From positions 8,202 through 72,201 of the forward strand of contig JBOEGA010000050.1 of the NCBI GenBank assembly GCA_050633205.1: 64,000 nucleotides of DNA, written 5' to 3'. The first letter of the stretch is position 1. Every line of letters starts with the position of its first letter. A program made the position numbers and the translations under genes. This DNA comes from Methyloligellaceae bacterium (GTDB lineage Bacteria > Pseudomonadota > Alphaproteobacteria > Rhizobiales > CBDHHC01). A model generated the notes under the pieces. The model saw nothing but the letters and a program-made list of their open reading frames with translations, ran no database searches and had not been told where the DNA came from. Shown piece after piece: positions 32,137-41,335 of the stretch.

Positions 32137-33255
32137 TTATACCCTCATAGGCATCAGAACATAAAGCGCCGAGTGGTCGCCTTCTTCTGTTACCATTGTT
32201 GGTGAGCCAGGGTCAGCCAGTTTAAAGCAGGCGGTTTCGCTTTCGAGAAGACCCGAGATATCAAGCAGGTAACGGGCGTTAAAGCCGATTTCCATAGGCT
32301 CGAACTCATAATCCACGGTCAATTGCTCAGTTACACTGCCGCTGTCAGGGTTATTAACTGACAGGATCAGGTTGCCACCATCGATATTGAGCTTTACTGC
32401 ACGGCCCTTGTCACTGGAAAGGGTAGAAACGCGGTCAACCGCACTTGCAAATTCGCCGTTGCGAACGTGCATGAATTTGTCATTGGCTTCGGGGATTACC
32501 CGGCCATAATCAGGGAAGGTTCCGTCGATAAGCTTGGAGGTCAGGATTAACGGGCCGACAGAGAAGCGGATTTTGCTTTCTGATACGCCGACTTCAACCA
32601 TGTCCTCGCCATCTTCCACGAGGCGATGTACTTCGTTCACAGTTTTGCGTGGAACGATAACACCTGGCATTCCAATAGCGCCTTCCGGAATTGGAAATTC
32701 TACCTGAGCAAGACGGTGGCCGTCAGTTGCTACAGCACGCAATGTCTCTTTGCCGTCAGTTGAGGCAGCATGCAGGTAAATACCGTTCAGATAATAACGG
32801 GTTTCTTCAGTTGAAATTGCGAAACGTGTTTTTTCGATCAGGCGCTTCAGATCCTTTGAGGGTATCTGGAACTGATGATCCATTGCACCGGCTTCAAGGG
32901 TTGGGAAATCGCTTGCAGGTAATGCCTGCAGAGAAAACCTGGATTGGCCTGATGATAAAGTCATCCGTCCGTCTTCCGGGCCGCTTTGAACTTCGATTTC
33001 AGCGCCTTCAGGAAGTTTACGAACGATATCGTGCACCATATGTGCAGAAACTGTAATACTGCCAGGGTTTTCAACACGGGATGGAACCCGCTCTATGACT
33101 TCGCGTTCAAGATCTGTGGCCGTTAGCTTCAGCTCTTCACCATCAGCTTCCAGTAATACGTTAGAGAGAATAGGGATAGTGTTCCTACGCTCAACGACGC
33201 TGGTTACATGGTTCAGTGCTCTGAGCAATGCGCCTTTCTCTATGATCAATCGCAT
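32137..33255 (-). CDS. dnaN: DNA polymerase III beta sliding clamp
   Basis: 372 aa. Typical DnaN N-terminus (..LLRALNHVTSVVERRNTIPILSNVLLEA) and C-terminus (..YVLMPMRV). Confidence 0.95.
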   Translation of the reverse strand: MRLIIEKGALLRALNHVTSVVERRNTIPILSNVLLEADGEELKLTATDLEREVIERVPSRVENPGSITVSAHMVHDIVRKLPEGAEIEVQSGPEDGRMTLSSGQSRFSLQALPASDFPTLEAGAMDHQFQIPSKDLKRLIEKTRFAISTEETRYYLNGIYLHAASTDGKETLRAVATDGHRLAQVEFPIPEGAIGMPGVIVPRKTVNEVHRLVEDGEDMVEVGVSESKIRFSVGPLILTSKLIDGTFPDYGRVIPEANDKFMHVRNGEFASAVDRVSTLSSDKGRAVKLNIDGGNLILSVNNPDSGSVTEQLTVDYEFEPMEIGFNARYLLDISGLLESETACFKLADPGSPTMVTEEGDHSALYVLMPMRV

Positions 33256-33670
33256 GACGACTCCTGGCTCAATTTAATCGTAGGGAAGCTCGCGAGAAAG
33301 TTTCCCTAACATTGATGTAATTTATTCAACATATACACCATAACCGGGTTCACAAAATACAAAATAAAAAGATCCCACCACAAAAAACTTTTTTCCATAC
33401 AAAAGCTTATTTGCGAAACTATTTTCTGAACCCACTTATGATCCCGCGTAAATACGGGGTTGCCTGCCTTCTTTATCAGCAAGACGCAAATCCTGCCGTA
33501 TCTACCTGTAGCTAATCCTGTTGGGGAATTCAAAAGACGAATCGAATACTGCAGGCAAGAAGGAAGACTGTATTAGCACACAGTCACCCTACGATCAAAA
33601 AATTAAATTGATTCCGGAGGGTATCTGAACCCGGCTTTTCTATAAAAGGCCGGGTCCGGAATATTTTGTT

Positions 33671-35104
33671 TTAGTCCTGTAACAGGCGCTTCAGGATCTC
33701 AATTTCTTCTTTTAGTGTCGCATCTTCCTGAACCTGGCCTTCAATCTTGCGAATTGCATGAAGGACAGTTGTGTGATCACGACCGCCAAAACGTCTTCCA
33801 ATTTCTGGCAGAGAGCGTGATGTCAGACTTTTAGCCAGGAACATTCCAATCTGGCGTGGCCAAACGATTGAACGATTTCTGCGCTGAGAAAGAATATCTC
33901 CACGACTTACACCAAAATGCTTGGACACGATGCGAAGGATATCATCAATCTTGACACGTTTTGGCTCTTTGCCTCGCATAAGATCACGGATGATATGTTC
34001 AGCCGTTTCCAGACTCAATGTCTGCTCAGTCAACTGGAATGCAGCGTAAATTCTGGTAATTGCACCTTCAAGTTCACGACCGCTTTCCGTCAGACGGGCT
34101 GCCAGGAACTCAATGACACTGTCGCTGATAGCGAAACCAGGATCATTCTTTGTTTTTGCTTCCGCACGTTTTTTCAGAATTTCAAGGCGAAGCTCATAGT
34201 TCAGTGGTGAAATTTCTGTTGTCAGACCACCAGCAAGACGGGAGCGCATACGAGCGTCCAGGCTTTCAAGCAAAGTCGGAGCTCTGTCACCAGCAACAAC
34301 AACCTGTTTGCCGCCATCGATCAGTGAATTCAGAGTGTGTCCGAACTCCTGCTGGATTGTACGGCCCTGCAAAAACTCCATATCGTCAATAAGTAGTATA
34401 TCAATACCGCGCAATTTATCCTTGAATGCAATTGCATCACGAGCACGAAGAGCTTCAACAAAGCTGTACATGAAACGCTCAGCGGTAAGATACAGTACAC
34501 GGGCATTCGGGTTACGACGCTTTACTTCCCATGCAATTGCATGAAGAAGGTGCGTTTTGCCCAAGCCAACTGAACTATGAATAAAGAGAGGGTTATAACG
34601 TAAAGGTGTATCCTGAACAGATTCTGCGACCTGCCAGGCTGCTGCATGAGCTAACCTGTTTGAACTCCCGATGACAAAGTTTTCAAATTTGAAACGTTTG
34701 TCCAATGGAGAGCCTTCGAAGCCTTCATACTCGGTTCGCACTTCATCTACGCCAACCATAGTTCCTGATGAAGACTTCATAGACATGCCAGTTTTGGTCC
34801 TGGAATTGTCTGCTGCAGCTTCTGTTTTAACCCGTTCGCTCAAAGCACGTGGCTGGCGAACAGAGAAATCCAGTCTAATAATGTCTTTGAATTCGACTTT
34901 ACAGGATGCCATCACCTTGTCGAAATAATGAGACTCCAGCCAGTTCTTTAGAAATCGGGTTGGAACAGTAAGATGAATCCTGCCGCCTTCGCATGATGCC
35001 ATTTCCACTCTCGCAAACCAACTTGTAAAGACGTCCTCTCCCAGCTCAACACGAAGCCGGCTTTTCACACGAGCCCATTTAACCTGTATGCTATCGTTAT
35101 CCAC
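33671..35104 (-). CDS. dnaA: Chromosomal replication initiator DnaA
   Basis: Walker A GLGKTHLL, box VII and the domain IV motif DHTTVLHA. GTG start. Confidence 0.95.
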   Translation of the reverse strand: MDNDSIQVKWARVKSRLRVELGEDVFTSWFARVEMASCEGGRIHLTVPTRFLKNWLESHYFDKVMASCKVEFKDIIRLDFSVRQPRALSERVKTEAAADNSRTKTGMSMKSSSGTMVGVDEVRTEYEGFEGSPLDKRFKFENFVIGSSNRLAHAAAWQVAESVQDTPLRYNPLFIHSSVGLGKTHLLHAIAWEVKRRNPNARVLYLTAERFMYSFVEALRARDAIAFKDKLRGIDILLIDDMEFLQGRTIQQEFGHTLNSLIDGGKQVVVAGDRAPTLLESLDARMRSRLAGGLTTEISPLNYELRLEILKKRAEAKTKNDPGFAISDSVIEFLAARLTESGRELEGAITRIYAAFQLTEQTLSLETAEHIIRDLMRGKEPKRVKIDDILRIVSKHFGVSRGDILSQRRNRSIVWPRQIGMFLAKSLTSRSLPEIGRRFGGRDHTTVLHAIRKIEGQVQEDATLKEEIEILKRLLQD

Positions 35105-35217
35105 AGTACGATCCCCACTTGTCTATACACGCAAAACCAGTGCGTGGTTATTTACACATTCTGTTCAAAACAACGCTTGAACTGACTTCCATGAACATTG
35201 GCCACATCCAGAACTTT

Positions 35218-35661
35218 CTAGCTCTGGCTCCAAGGAAGCCCCTCTGCTTTCCAACCCGATATCCTTCCACGATGCTGATCCGCATCAAGTGATCCTTCGA
35301 AACCGTCGATCACATTTATACATCGTGTATATCCTGCCTTAGTCATGACTTTTGCCGCTGCCAGACTTCGGGCTCCGGATCGGCACAAGAAGAAGAGGTC
35401 AGCCTCATGACCAATACCGAGCTTGCCGAGCTCGGCTTCAAGCTGTTCAACGAAGGAACTATTGATCTGCTGGGTTGAAAAAGACATCCACTCCAACAAT
35501 ACCGGACGTTTGCCTATCGATGATAAATCGACACATCCGACATAAGACCATTCCGCATAAGTCCTAACGTCAATCAGCGTAGCTTGTGCATTCGCCGCTA
35601 AACTTTCCCAGACCTCCTTTACGCTTACCTGACCGATCTGATTATCTATTTGCTCGCTCAA
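35218..35661 (-). CDS. Single-domain rhodanese-like sulfurtransferase
   Basis: Active-site loop CRSGARS. TTG start. Lies directly upstream of dnaA on the same strand. Confidence 0.75.
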   Translation of the reverse strand: MSEQIDNQIGQVSVKEVWESLAANAQATLIDVRTYAEWSYVGCVDLSSIGKRPVLLEWMSFSTQQINSSFVEQLEAELGKLGIGHEADLFFLCRSGARSLAAAKVMTKAGYTRCINVIDGFEGSLDADQHRGRISGWKAEGLPWSQS

Positions 35662-35679
35662 GAGTATTCACCTCAATAC

Positions 35680-35688
35680 ATATCCACA
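35680..35688 (+). promoter_or_regulatory. DnaA-box-like 9-mer ATATCCACA
   Basis: One mismatch to TTATCCACA. It lies 19 nt upstream of the rhodanese start codon. Confidence 0.35.
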
Positions 35689-35935
35689 AAACCAGCTTAA
35701 CCGTTTTTTAACAAAAGTCCAGTAGGTATAATGCAAGTAAAATTGTAGAATTTCCGCCATCAAGACGGACTTACCCACTCTATTCATCAAGTAATCAAGG
35801 TACAAATAGATAAAGTTTTGAGGTCAGCTTACCGCTGCATGCCTATTCAATAAACGGCCTACACTTTTCAGACTCAAAACTAAAACTGGGTACAGCTCGA
35901 AAATACTACTGTTGAATTGGGCGTCGCCCGATTGA

Positions 35936-35944
35936 TGTGGACAA
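35936..35944 (-). promoter_or_regulatory. DnaA-box-like 9-mer TTGTCCACA (plus strand reads TGTGGACAA)
   Basis: One mismatch to the consensus. An identical 9-mer recurs at 36317-36325. Confidence 0.35.
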
Positions 35945-36262
35945 CTATACGCCTCTATTTCAGACGTTTCAAGCTTTCGTTGCGCCGCAGTTTCGCCAAA
36001 TTAACCATAAGTGTCTCAAACTGAAACAAAACGGTTATCATTTAAAAACTTAGAGAAAACACTCAAAAGCTTGTGAAACCAACAAAAAATCCCTTCAAAA
36101 TACCGTTCAATTCAGAGGCCAAAAAAAAGTCAAAAAAAGTATATTGAACGCCATTTTTTTATTGAAGCTTTTACGGTTTAAAATAAGTGAGTCTCAGAAC
36201 GCACGGTAAATGCAGTTAATAAAGTGTTGATTTCCAATATTATTCAATCTTTTTCACAGGAC

Positions 36263-36288
36263 AAAAAAAAACCCGGCCAAAGCCGGGT
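36263..36288 (-). terminator. Rho-independent terminator of rpsT
   Basis: Stem ACCCGGC/GCCGGGT with loop CAAA, followed on the minus strand by T8. Confidence 0.8.
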
Positions 36289-36316
36289 GTTGTAAATATG
36301 TAGCAAACAGGTGATT

Positions 36317-36325
36317 TGTGGACAA
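36317..36325 (-). promoter_or_regulatory. DnaA-box-like 9-mer TTGTCCACA (second copy)
   Basis: Identical to the 35936-35944 copy. It lies between the rpsT stop codon and the rpsT terminator. Confidence 0.35.
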
Positions 36326-36333
36326 TCAGGCTA

Positions 36334-36600
36334 TTAAGCGCCCATTGCTTTCACCTGTGCAGCAAGTCTTGAGACTTTACGCGCAGCTGTATTGCGGTGA
36401 ATTACACCTTTTTGAGCCGTTCTTACGATCTCAGGCTGTGCGTTTTGCAGAGCAGTCTGGGCTGCTGACTGATCACCAGCGTCAATTGCTTCTTCTACTT
36501 TGCGGATAAATGTGCGCATACGGCTGCGCCTTGCTTTGTTGACCTCAGTCCGGCGTGCTATCTTGCGCACTGCCTTCTTGGCCGATTTGGTGTTGGCCAT
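36334..36600 (-). CDS. rpsT: 30S ribosomal protein S20
   Basis: 88 aa. [31 protein letters not shown].. is canonical S20. Confidence 0.95.
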   Translation of the reverse strand: MANTKSAKKAVRKIARRTEVNKARRSRMRTFIRKVEEAIDAGDQSAAQTALQNAQPEIVRTAQKGVIHRNTAARKVSRLAAQVKAMGA

Positions 36601-36738
36601 GCTGTTAAGAACCTCTTTTCACTCGTTAATATCAGAGCGTCAACCATGATAATGGACCATGTGTTCTTCCAGTAACCCAGGTTGGACGCGGAAATTTCGA
36701 AGCCATCTCCCGTGGAATATAGTGGTTTTGGCTTGCAT

Positions 36739-36767
36739 ATCAGTTCCGTATATATCCTCACCAATAA
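36739..36767 (-). promoter_or_regulatory. Sigma70-like promoter for rpsT (TTGACT, 17 bp spacer, TATATA)
   Basis: Hexamers and the 17-nt spacer were counted on the minus strand. This predicts a leader of about 130 nt. Confidence 0.55.
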
Positions 36768-36799
36768 CTCCAGTCAACAAAAGAACGCCTGTCTTTACT
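36768..36799 (-). terminator. Intrinsic-terminator-like hairpin just upstream of the rpsT promoter
   Basis: 7-bp stem CCTGTCT/AGACAGG with an 8-nt loop. On the minus strand it is followed by CGTTCTTTTGTT. Confidence 0.45.
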
Positions 36800-37181
36800 A
36801 ATAGACAGGAGATTAACTCCAATATTCTGCAAAAGAGCACAGGCTGAAGCGATCACACGCATGTTTATAAGGCGGGGCAACGCTAACATGCTACGCTCGT
36901 TATGGGGTACGAGCCTGAAGGCAGGGGGTAATGTGATCAACTGCCAGCCTGTGCCTGAAGTTTCCTCCTATCATTTCGTTCAGAATGACCAGACGCGGCA
37001 ACTTTGGCCATTCCGATACCACAGAGGGCCTCTTCCCGGGGTCAGAGAAGAGAAAACAGCGGGTTAACTGTTCTTCTTTTGTTCTACACACGAAGGAACA
37101 TACAGTCAATCACAAAAAAGAACGTATGAAGAACTTTTATGTTGAATTGACTGTAACAACATTGAAAATATTGATTTTTTA

Positions 37182-38216
37182 TCAGGGGAGTTTTCTTATC
37201 TTTTCCTGTTGATTTTGCTGCCGGTAAGCACTTGGAGAATGGCCGAACCATCTCTTAACCGCGCGGGTAAACACACTTACTTCGGCAAAACCCAAAAGAA
37301 ATGCTATCTGGGAAATATGCAGATCTGTATCCAGTAAATATTTTCCAGCCAGATCCTGGCGTGTCTGATCCAGTATCTGAGAGAAATTAGCTCCAACTGA
37401 CTGGAGCTCCCTCTGCAGGGTTCTCGGGCTCTTTCCCAGCAGTTTTGAGATATCCTTTATATTGGCGGTATCTCCAGGAAGTGCATCTATAATATGCTTC
37501 TGTATATCACTTATAATTGCCGGCCGGGTTGCCTGCTCCTCCATAAGCTTGTCTGACAGGTCTATTAAATATTTCCATAGGTGCTGATCACCTGACGGCA
37601 TTTTCCTGTCAAGATCAGCAGAAGCAATTCTGATAGTGTTTTCCGGCTGACTAAAGCTGATATTACTCCCAAACATTTTATGGTAAGCGTCCAGATTTTC
37701 CGGCGCCCCCTGCTCCATACAAACTTCCTCGGGCTTCCAGTCCTGACCTAGGGCACCACGCAACATGACAACCACTCTGGCAGGTGCCCAGACCGGCATT
37801 TGCTGCATACCATCAAAACCTTTTCTATAATTCCATTTAAAGTAACCAAAGCCCTTTAATTCCGTAAACTCAATTGACCGGAATGAAATCATGATGCCCG
37901 CATATCGAGCCCCTACACTCAATGCCTCTCTGACTGAAGGAGATTTTCTGAAAGCATAATGAATGAGACCATTTGCATATTTCTCAAAGGTTTCCACGAG
38001 TTCAAAGGTTAGAAAAGGGTTTTGTGTTATTCTCGCTGCTTCCTCCAGAATGACAGCAAATGCTTCCAGGGGAATGTGATCATCATAATTGAGAAGGTCC
38101 TCAGGCACGAGCCCTGCCGCCTCCATGAGAGGAGCACGTGGTATTTTCCAGTTGTTTTCGAGAAGCATCAAAACACCATTGATCGCTCCGCAGTAGATAT
38201 AAGGATCGTCAGTCAT
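37182..38216 (-). CDS. AraC-family transcriptional regulator (arabinose-binding-like N-domain plus HTH_18)
   Basis: 344 aa. The C-terminal double HTH reads ..ISQIAFLLGFAEVSVFTRAVKRWFGHSPSAYR. Confidence 0.85.
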   Translation of the reverse strand: MTDDPYIYCGAINGVLMLLENNWKIPRAPLMEAAGLVPEDLLNYDDHIPLEAFAVILEEAARITQNPFLTFELVETFEKYANGLIHYAFRKSPSVREALSVGARYAGIMISFRSIEFTELKGFGYFKWNYRKGFDGMQQMPVWAPARVVVMLRGALGQDWKPEEVCMEQGAPENLDAYHKMFGSNISFSQPENTIRIASADLDRKMPSGDQHLWKYLIDLSDKLMEEQATRPAIISDIQKHIIDALPGDTANIKDISKLLGKSPRTLQRELQSVGANFSQILDQTRQDLAGKYLLDTDLHISQIAFLLGFAEVSVFTRAVKRWFGHSPSAYRQQNQQEKIRKLP

Positions 38217-38624
38217 ATATTCCGCTATTGTTATGCTAATTTTTGAGTGAAAAACCGCGAGTGATCAGATTAATTCCAGTGGCATCAAAGTCATATAACT
38301 TTTACGCTGTTTTTTCTTGATCGTCATCCAGTCAGTGCCTCTACGGTTATAGTTACATATGCGAAGATCCTGCCCCCCCAGGAACATCCCTCTGTACTTA
38401 TTCTACAGTACAGGTTTCGTAAAATAAATACAGAGTATATACTATATACGGGGAAAACATGCATGCGGCCAGACCGGGCTTATTATGCTCTGTCATTGCG
38501 GGTCAAACTTACGTCATTTGCAATCAATAGTTTTTCCTTGCGGGATTAATATTTTAGCCAGCTTAATATTACTGAGACTGTTTTGCAGGCGGGAATGCCA
38601 AATGTTTTTTAGAAAGAGGTGATT

Positions 38625-38855
38625 ATGATTGTGGGAGTGAATTATATTATCTGGTCGGTGGAGCGCCAGTCCTGGTTTGCACAGGATACCAAAGGGTACA
38701 CATTCGTACTGGGACAAGCAGGCAGATACCCTGAGGATCAGGCACGCAGAATTGTTTCCGAGGCTGACAAAACCGGCGACAGACATGAATGCATAATAGC
38801 ACCGGAGTGCAATGCCATACTGAGACAGGAATTAAACACAATCGAACACATATAG
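38625..38855 (+). CDS. Small hypothetical protein (76 aa)
   Basis: AAGAGG SD lies 5 nt before the ATG at 38625. Composition is protein-like. The overlapping minus-strand ORF 38514-38786 looks less protein-like. Confidence 0.4.
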   Translation: MIVGVNYIIWSVERQSWFAQDTKGYTFVLGQAGRYPEDQARRIVSEADKTGDRHECIIAPECNAILRQELNTIEHI

Positions 38856-38871
38856 TTCAATTGAACTATAT
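38850..38871. repeat. Perfect 22-bp palindrome ATATAGTTCAA|TTGAACTATAT
   Basis: Read directly. It overlaps the TAG stop (38853-38855) of the small ORF. Confidence 0.7.
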
Positions 38872-39230
38872 GCAACTGCATCATTACTGACAGCAATATT
38901 AATCACCTTATTGCAGTGATTATACTCAATATGATACATGCCTGCAATAAATGATTAAGTAATTGAAACAGTAAATATAGTATTATGTCATCTCGAATCA
39001 AACTTTAGTCATGAGCAGTCAACGACAATACATAAATGATGTGGTAGTTTTACAGTTCTTCATCCAAAAGCAGCCGACACTGCTTAGGGATTTTCCGACC
39101 CAGAGAGGCGAGTTTGATTTTGAGAGACCCTTCATTCTCGCCTCACCTTATTCTCTCATGAGATGTCTTTGCGGCGAAGACAGATTGTGAGAGGCACGAG
39201 TAAGAACTAATCAGTTTTTTACTCTCTGAG

Positions 39231-39299
39231 GGGGATGCATCCTGTTCGAGCGCAGCCAGAGGCAAAGCCGCTCCCGGATGGCAATAGTTTGCATCCCCC
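39231..39299. other. Extended imperfect hairpin (candidate structured RNA element)
   Basis: Outer 10-bp stem GGGGGATGCA/TGCATCCCCC. Inner pairs are TCC/GGA and GAGCG/CGCTC. It sits inside a comparatively GC-rich 300-bp non-coding stretch. Confidence 0.3.
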
Positions 39300-39420
39300 C
39301 AGATCAACTACCAGAGCATGTCGTGCTTAATCCCACCCCTGAGCCTTAGTCCTGCGTCGTGAATTCATCATATATTACCAATTTTCTCTTATTATAGCTG
39401 TTCGTCCTTCAACCTGTAAA

Positions 39421-40221
39421 ATGTATGTGAGTTCAATAATGAGAGCCTTACCTGTCATTCTTTCTGCTTTTCTATTTCTGGCTTTTTCTGTACCGGCTAT
39501 TGCCGGAGAAAAAATTCGTATGGGGTACTTTATGCTACAACCGCATACGTATAGTGAAATCAAAGATGGCCCGGCTAAAGGTGCCGGCATAGCCTATTTC
39601 AATAAAGTTGCGGAGAAAATGGGGTATGAAGTCGAGTGGGTAGGCCCTCTCCCCCTTCCCAGGCTAACTGAATATCTGAAAAGCGGAAAAGTAGATGGAA
39701 CAATTGGTTTCCCTAAATTTTCACTATTTGAACAGTTTCTGGACTATACAGATAGTGCAGTCTATATGGCCCAGCCAAGCCTGGCGGTCAGTGCAGACAG
39801 ATCCCTGTCATCTATTGGCAAGATTGGTGATATCAAGGACTTCAGAATTGGCTTTGTTAAATCAAAATCCGGCAAGACAACTCCCCTGATTGATAATAAC
39901 AGAAAAGCGATTCATCTCAGAGAGTTTCATGGAAACAAGTGGATGGAACAAAGCATCAGAATGGTTCAAAAACAGAGACTGGATGCTCTCTATGACCGGC
40001 AGCAATATACAATGCGTTATGTTGCAGCGCAACTTAAGCTGGAGGACAAAATCCGCGTATTGCCGATGCCTGCCAAGCCAAGCCCCATGTATATCGCGTT
40101 TTCAAAGAAGTCTTCCAAGGGAGCGAAGAAACTTGTTGATGCAAGCAATGCCGCAGTGTCAAAAATTAAAGCTGATTACGTTGCACTGCTCGAAAAGGAA
40201 TTTAGTGCGTTGAAGAAGTAA
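39421..40221 (+). CDS. Periplasmic substrate-binding protein, family 3 (amino-acid-type SBP fold), orphan
   Basis: Signal peptide ..FSVPAIAGE. SBP_bac_3-like length and pattern. No permease or ATPase gene is adjacent. Confidence 0.65.
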   Translation: MYVSSIMRALPVILSAFLFLAFSVPAIAGEKIRMGYFMLQPHTYSEIKDGPAKGAGIAYFNKVAEKMGYEVEWVGPLPLPRLTEYLKSGKVDGTIGFPKFSLFEQFLDYTDSAVYMAQPSLAVSADRSLSSIGKIGDIKDFRIGFVKSKSGKTTPLIDNNRKAIHLREFHGNKWMEQSIRMVQKQRLDALYDRQQYTMRYVAAQLKLEDKIRVLPMPAKPSPMYIAFSKKSSKGAKKLVDASNAAVSKIKADYVALLEKEFSALKK

Positions 40222-40233
40222 AGTGATTTTCAG

Positions 40234-40266
40234 ACACCTGCTTAACGGAGCAGGTGTTTGTTTTTT
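40234..40266 (+). terminator. Rho-independent terminator
   Basis: 9-bp stem ACACCTGCT/AGCAGGTGT with loop TAACGG, followed by TTGTTTTTT. Confidence 0.85.
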
Positions 40267-40287
40267 ACAGAGAAGGCCGTATCTACC

Positions 40288-41037
40288 TTATTGCTTTTGA
40301 AGGTTTTTAGCACGCCACAGCAAAAACAGGGCATAATATAACAGGAACCAGGAGTAATACAGCTCCAGCCACTCCCCGGAACGCAGACGGTTCCATTCAT
40401 CAGGAATGAGATACCCCCTCACAGAGCCATATATCAGGCCAAACATAACAAGAAGTGACAGGAATATTGTCGCTTTGGGCGGATAGATGAAATTATACCT
40501 GCCTGGTAATTTCCCAGGTCTGTACATGATAAACCACGGGAAGATCAACCCACCGACGATAATTCCGGTTAGCAGAATTGCACGTGGTTTCTGATCCAGC
40601 CAACTGCTGATGTTATGAAGGTTCGTTTCATTCTGGTCATTAATCCTGCTCAGGATTTCAGGCGTTGTCCAGCCAAAATAATGCTGTCCCCAGCTCGCTT
40701 CTTCACCACCTATGTATATGCATCCTCCAATCATAGCCAGCACCCAGAATAATACAAAACTGTCTGACCTGATTTCCTGGAAGAACAACAGGCGGATGCC
40801 AATAAATGCAGCAAGTACTGGAAACAGGAAATGTGTGAACTCCATGACCCCAACAACCTCACTCTGAATCCAGTATCTGAAAAATTCAGGGTAATAACGG
40901 GCAAGAACGGGGATCAGGAAAACAGTTGCCAGTGGTAGTATCAACCACCAGAAAATTGAAAAATTTCTTGTTTCAGCCCGGTAGCGCTCGGGAGACAGAT
41001 CGAGTTCAATAATTGTCACAGGAGCCTCCCACGGCAT
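40288..41037 (-). CDS. Hypothetical polytopic membrane protein
   Basis: 249 aa with about 6 TM helices. Contains the motif GGEEASWGQHYFGW. Family not recognised. Confidence 0.55.
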   Translation of the reverse strand: MPWEAPVTIIELDLSPERYRAETRNFSIFWWLILPLATVFLIPVLARYYPEFFRYWIQSEVVGVMEFTHFLFPVLAAFIGIRLLFFQEIRSDSFVLFWVLAMIGGCIYIGGEEASWGQHYFGWTTPEILSRINDQNETNLHNISSWLDQKPRAILLTGIIVGGLIFPWFIMYRPGKLPGRYNFIYPPKATIFLSLLVMFGLIYGSVRGYLIPDEWNRLRSGEWLELYYSWFLLYYALFLLWRAKNLQKQ

Positions 41038-41316
41038 TTTTCACTATGTGGCATGATATGCTCTTCCTCACTGAATTATCTTCCGGAGTGTGACACCGCT
41101 TAAAATAGTTCGGGGTCGGGAGAAATAAATGATCGTCTGACCACTTCATTTCTGCCAGGTTTTTAATTTCTAAAAAATCTGTTAATGCGATTACAAAATC
41201 TAGCGCAGTAAACCTACGTAAAACAATAGGCTTGCTATTCAAATTTTCTTGACATGATTATGTAATCACTCTCTTTTTTGTGATCTACCGTGAATAGACG
41301 GGATTACACAGGTGAT

Positions 41317-41335
41317 CTGACGTAAACTGACGTAA
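41317..41335. repeat. Tandem direct repeat CTGACGTAA-A-CTGACGTAA (10-bp period)
   Basis: Read directly. It lies in the divergent intergenic region between 40288-41037 (minus strand) and exbB (plus strand). Confidence 0.6.

Noticed and set aside
33256-33670. The dnaA-dnaN spacer as a replication origin, and the 75-aa ORF 33306-33533
   Set aside because: I found no 9-mer within one mismatch of TTATCCACA in this spacer. The ORF has no SD and an implausible composition.
37030-37062. SRP (4.5S) RNA-like string GGGGTCAGAGAAGAGAAAACAGC
   Set aside because: It lacks the GGAA tetraloop and symmetric-loop arrangement of SRP domain IV. The local fold is a simple CTCTTC/GAAGAG hairpin.
36861-37067. 68-aa plus-strand ORF in the rpsT-araC spacer
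   Set aside because: It has no SD and an unremarkable composition. It overlaps other equally long ORFs in other frames, which is typical of a non-coding region.
39231-39299. tRNA-like or tmRNA acceptor structure (GGGGGATGCA...TGCATCCCCC followed by CA)
   Set aside because: The element is only 69 nt. It has no T-arm of the GGTTCGAATCC type, no G:U at the third acceptor pair, no tag reading frame nearby and no proper cloverleaf arms.
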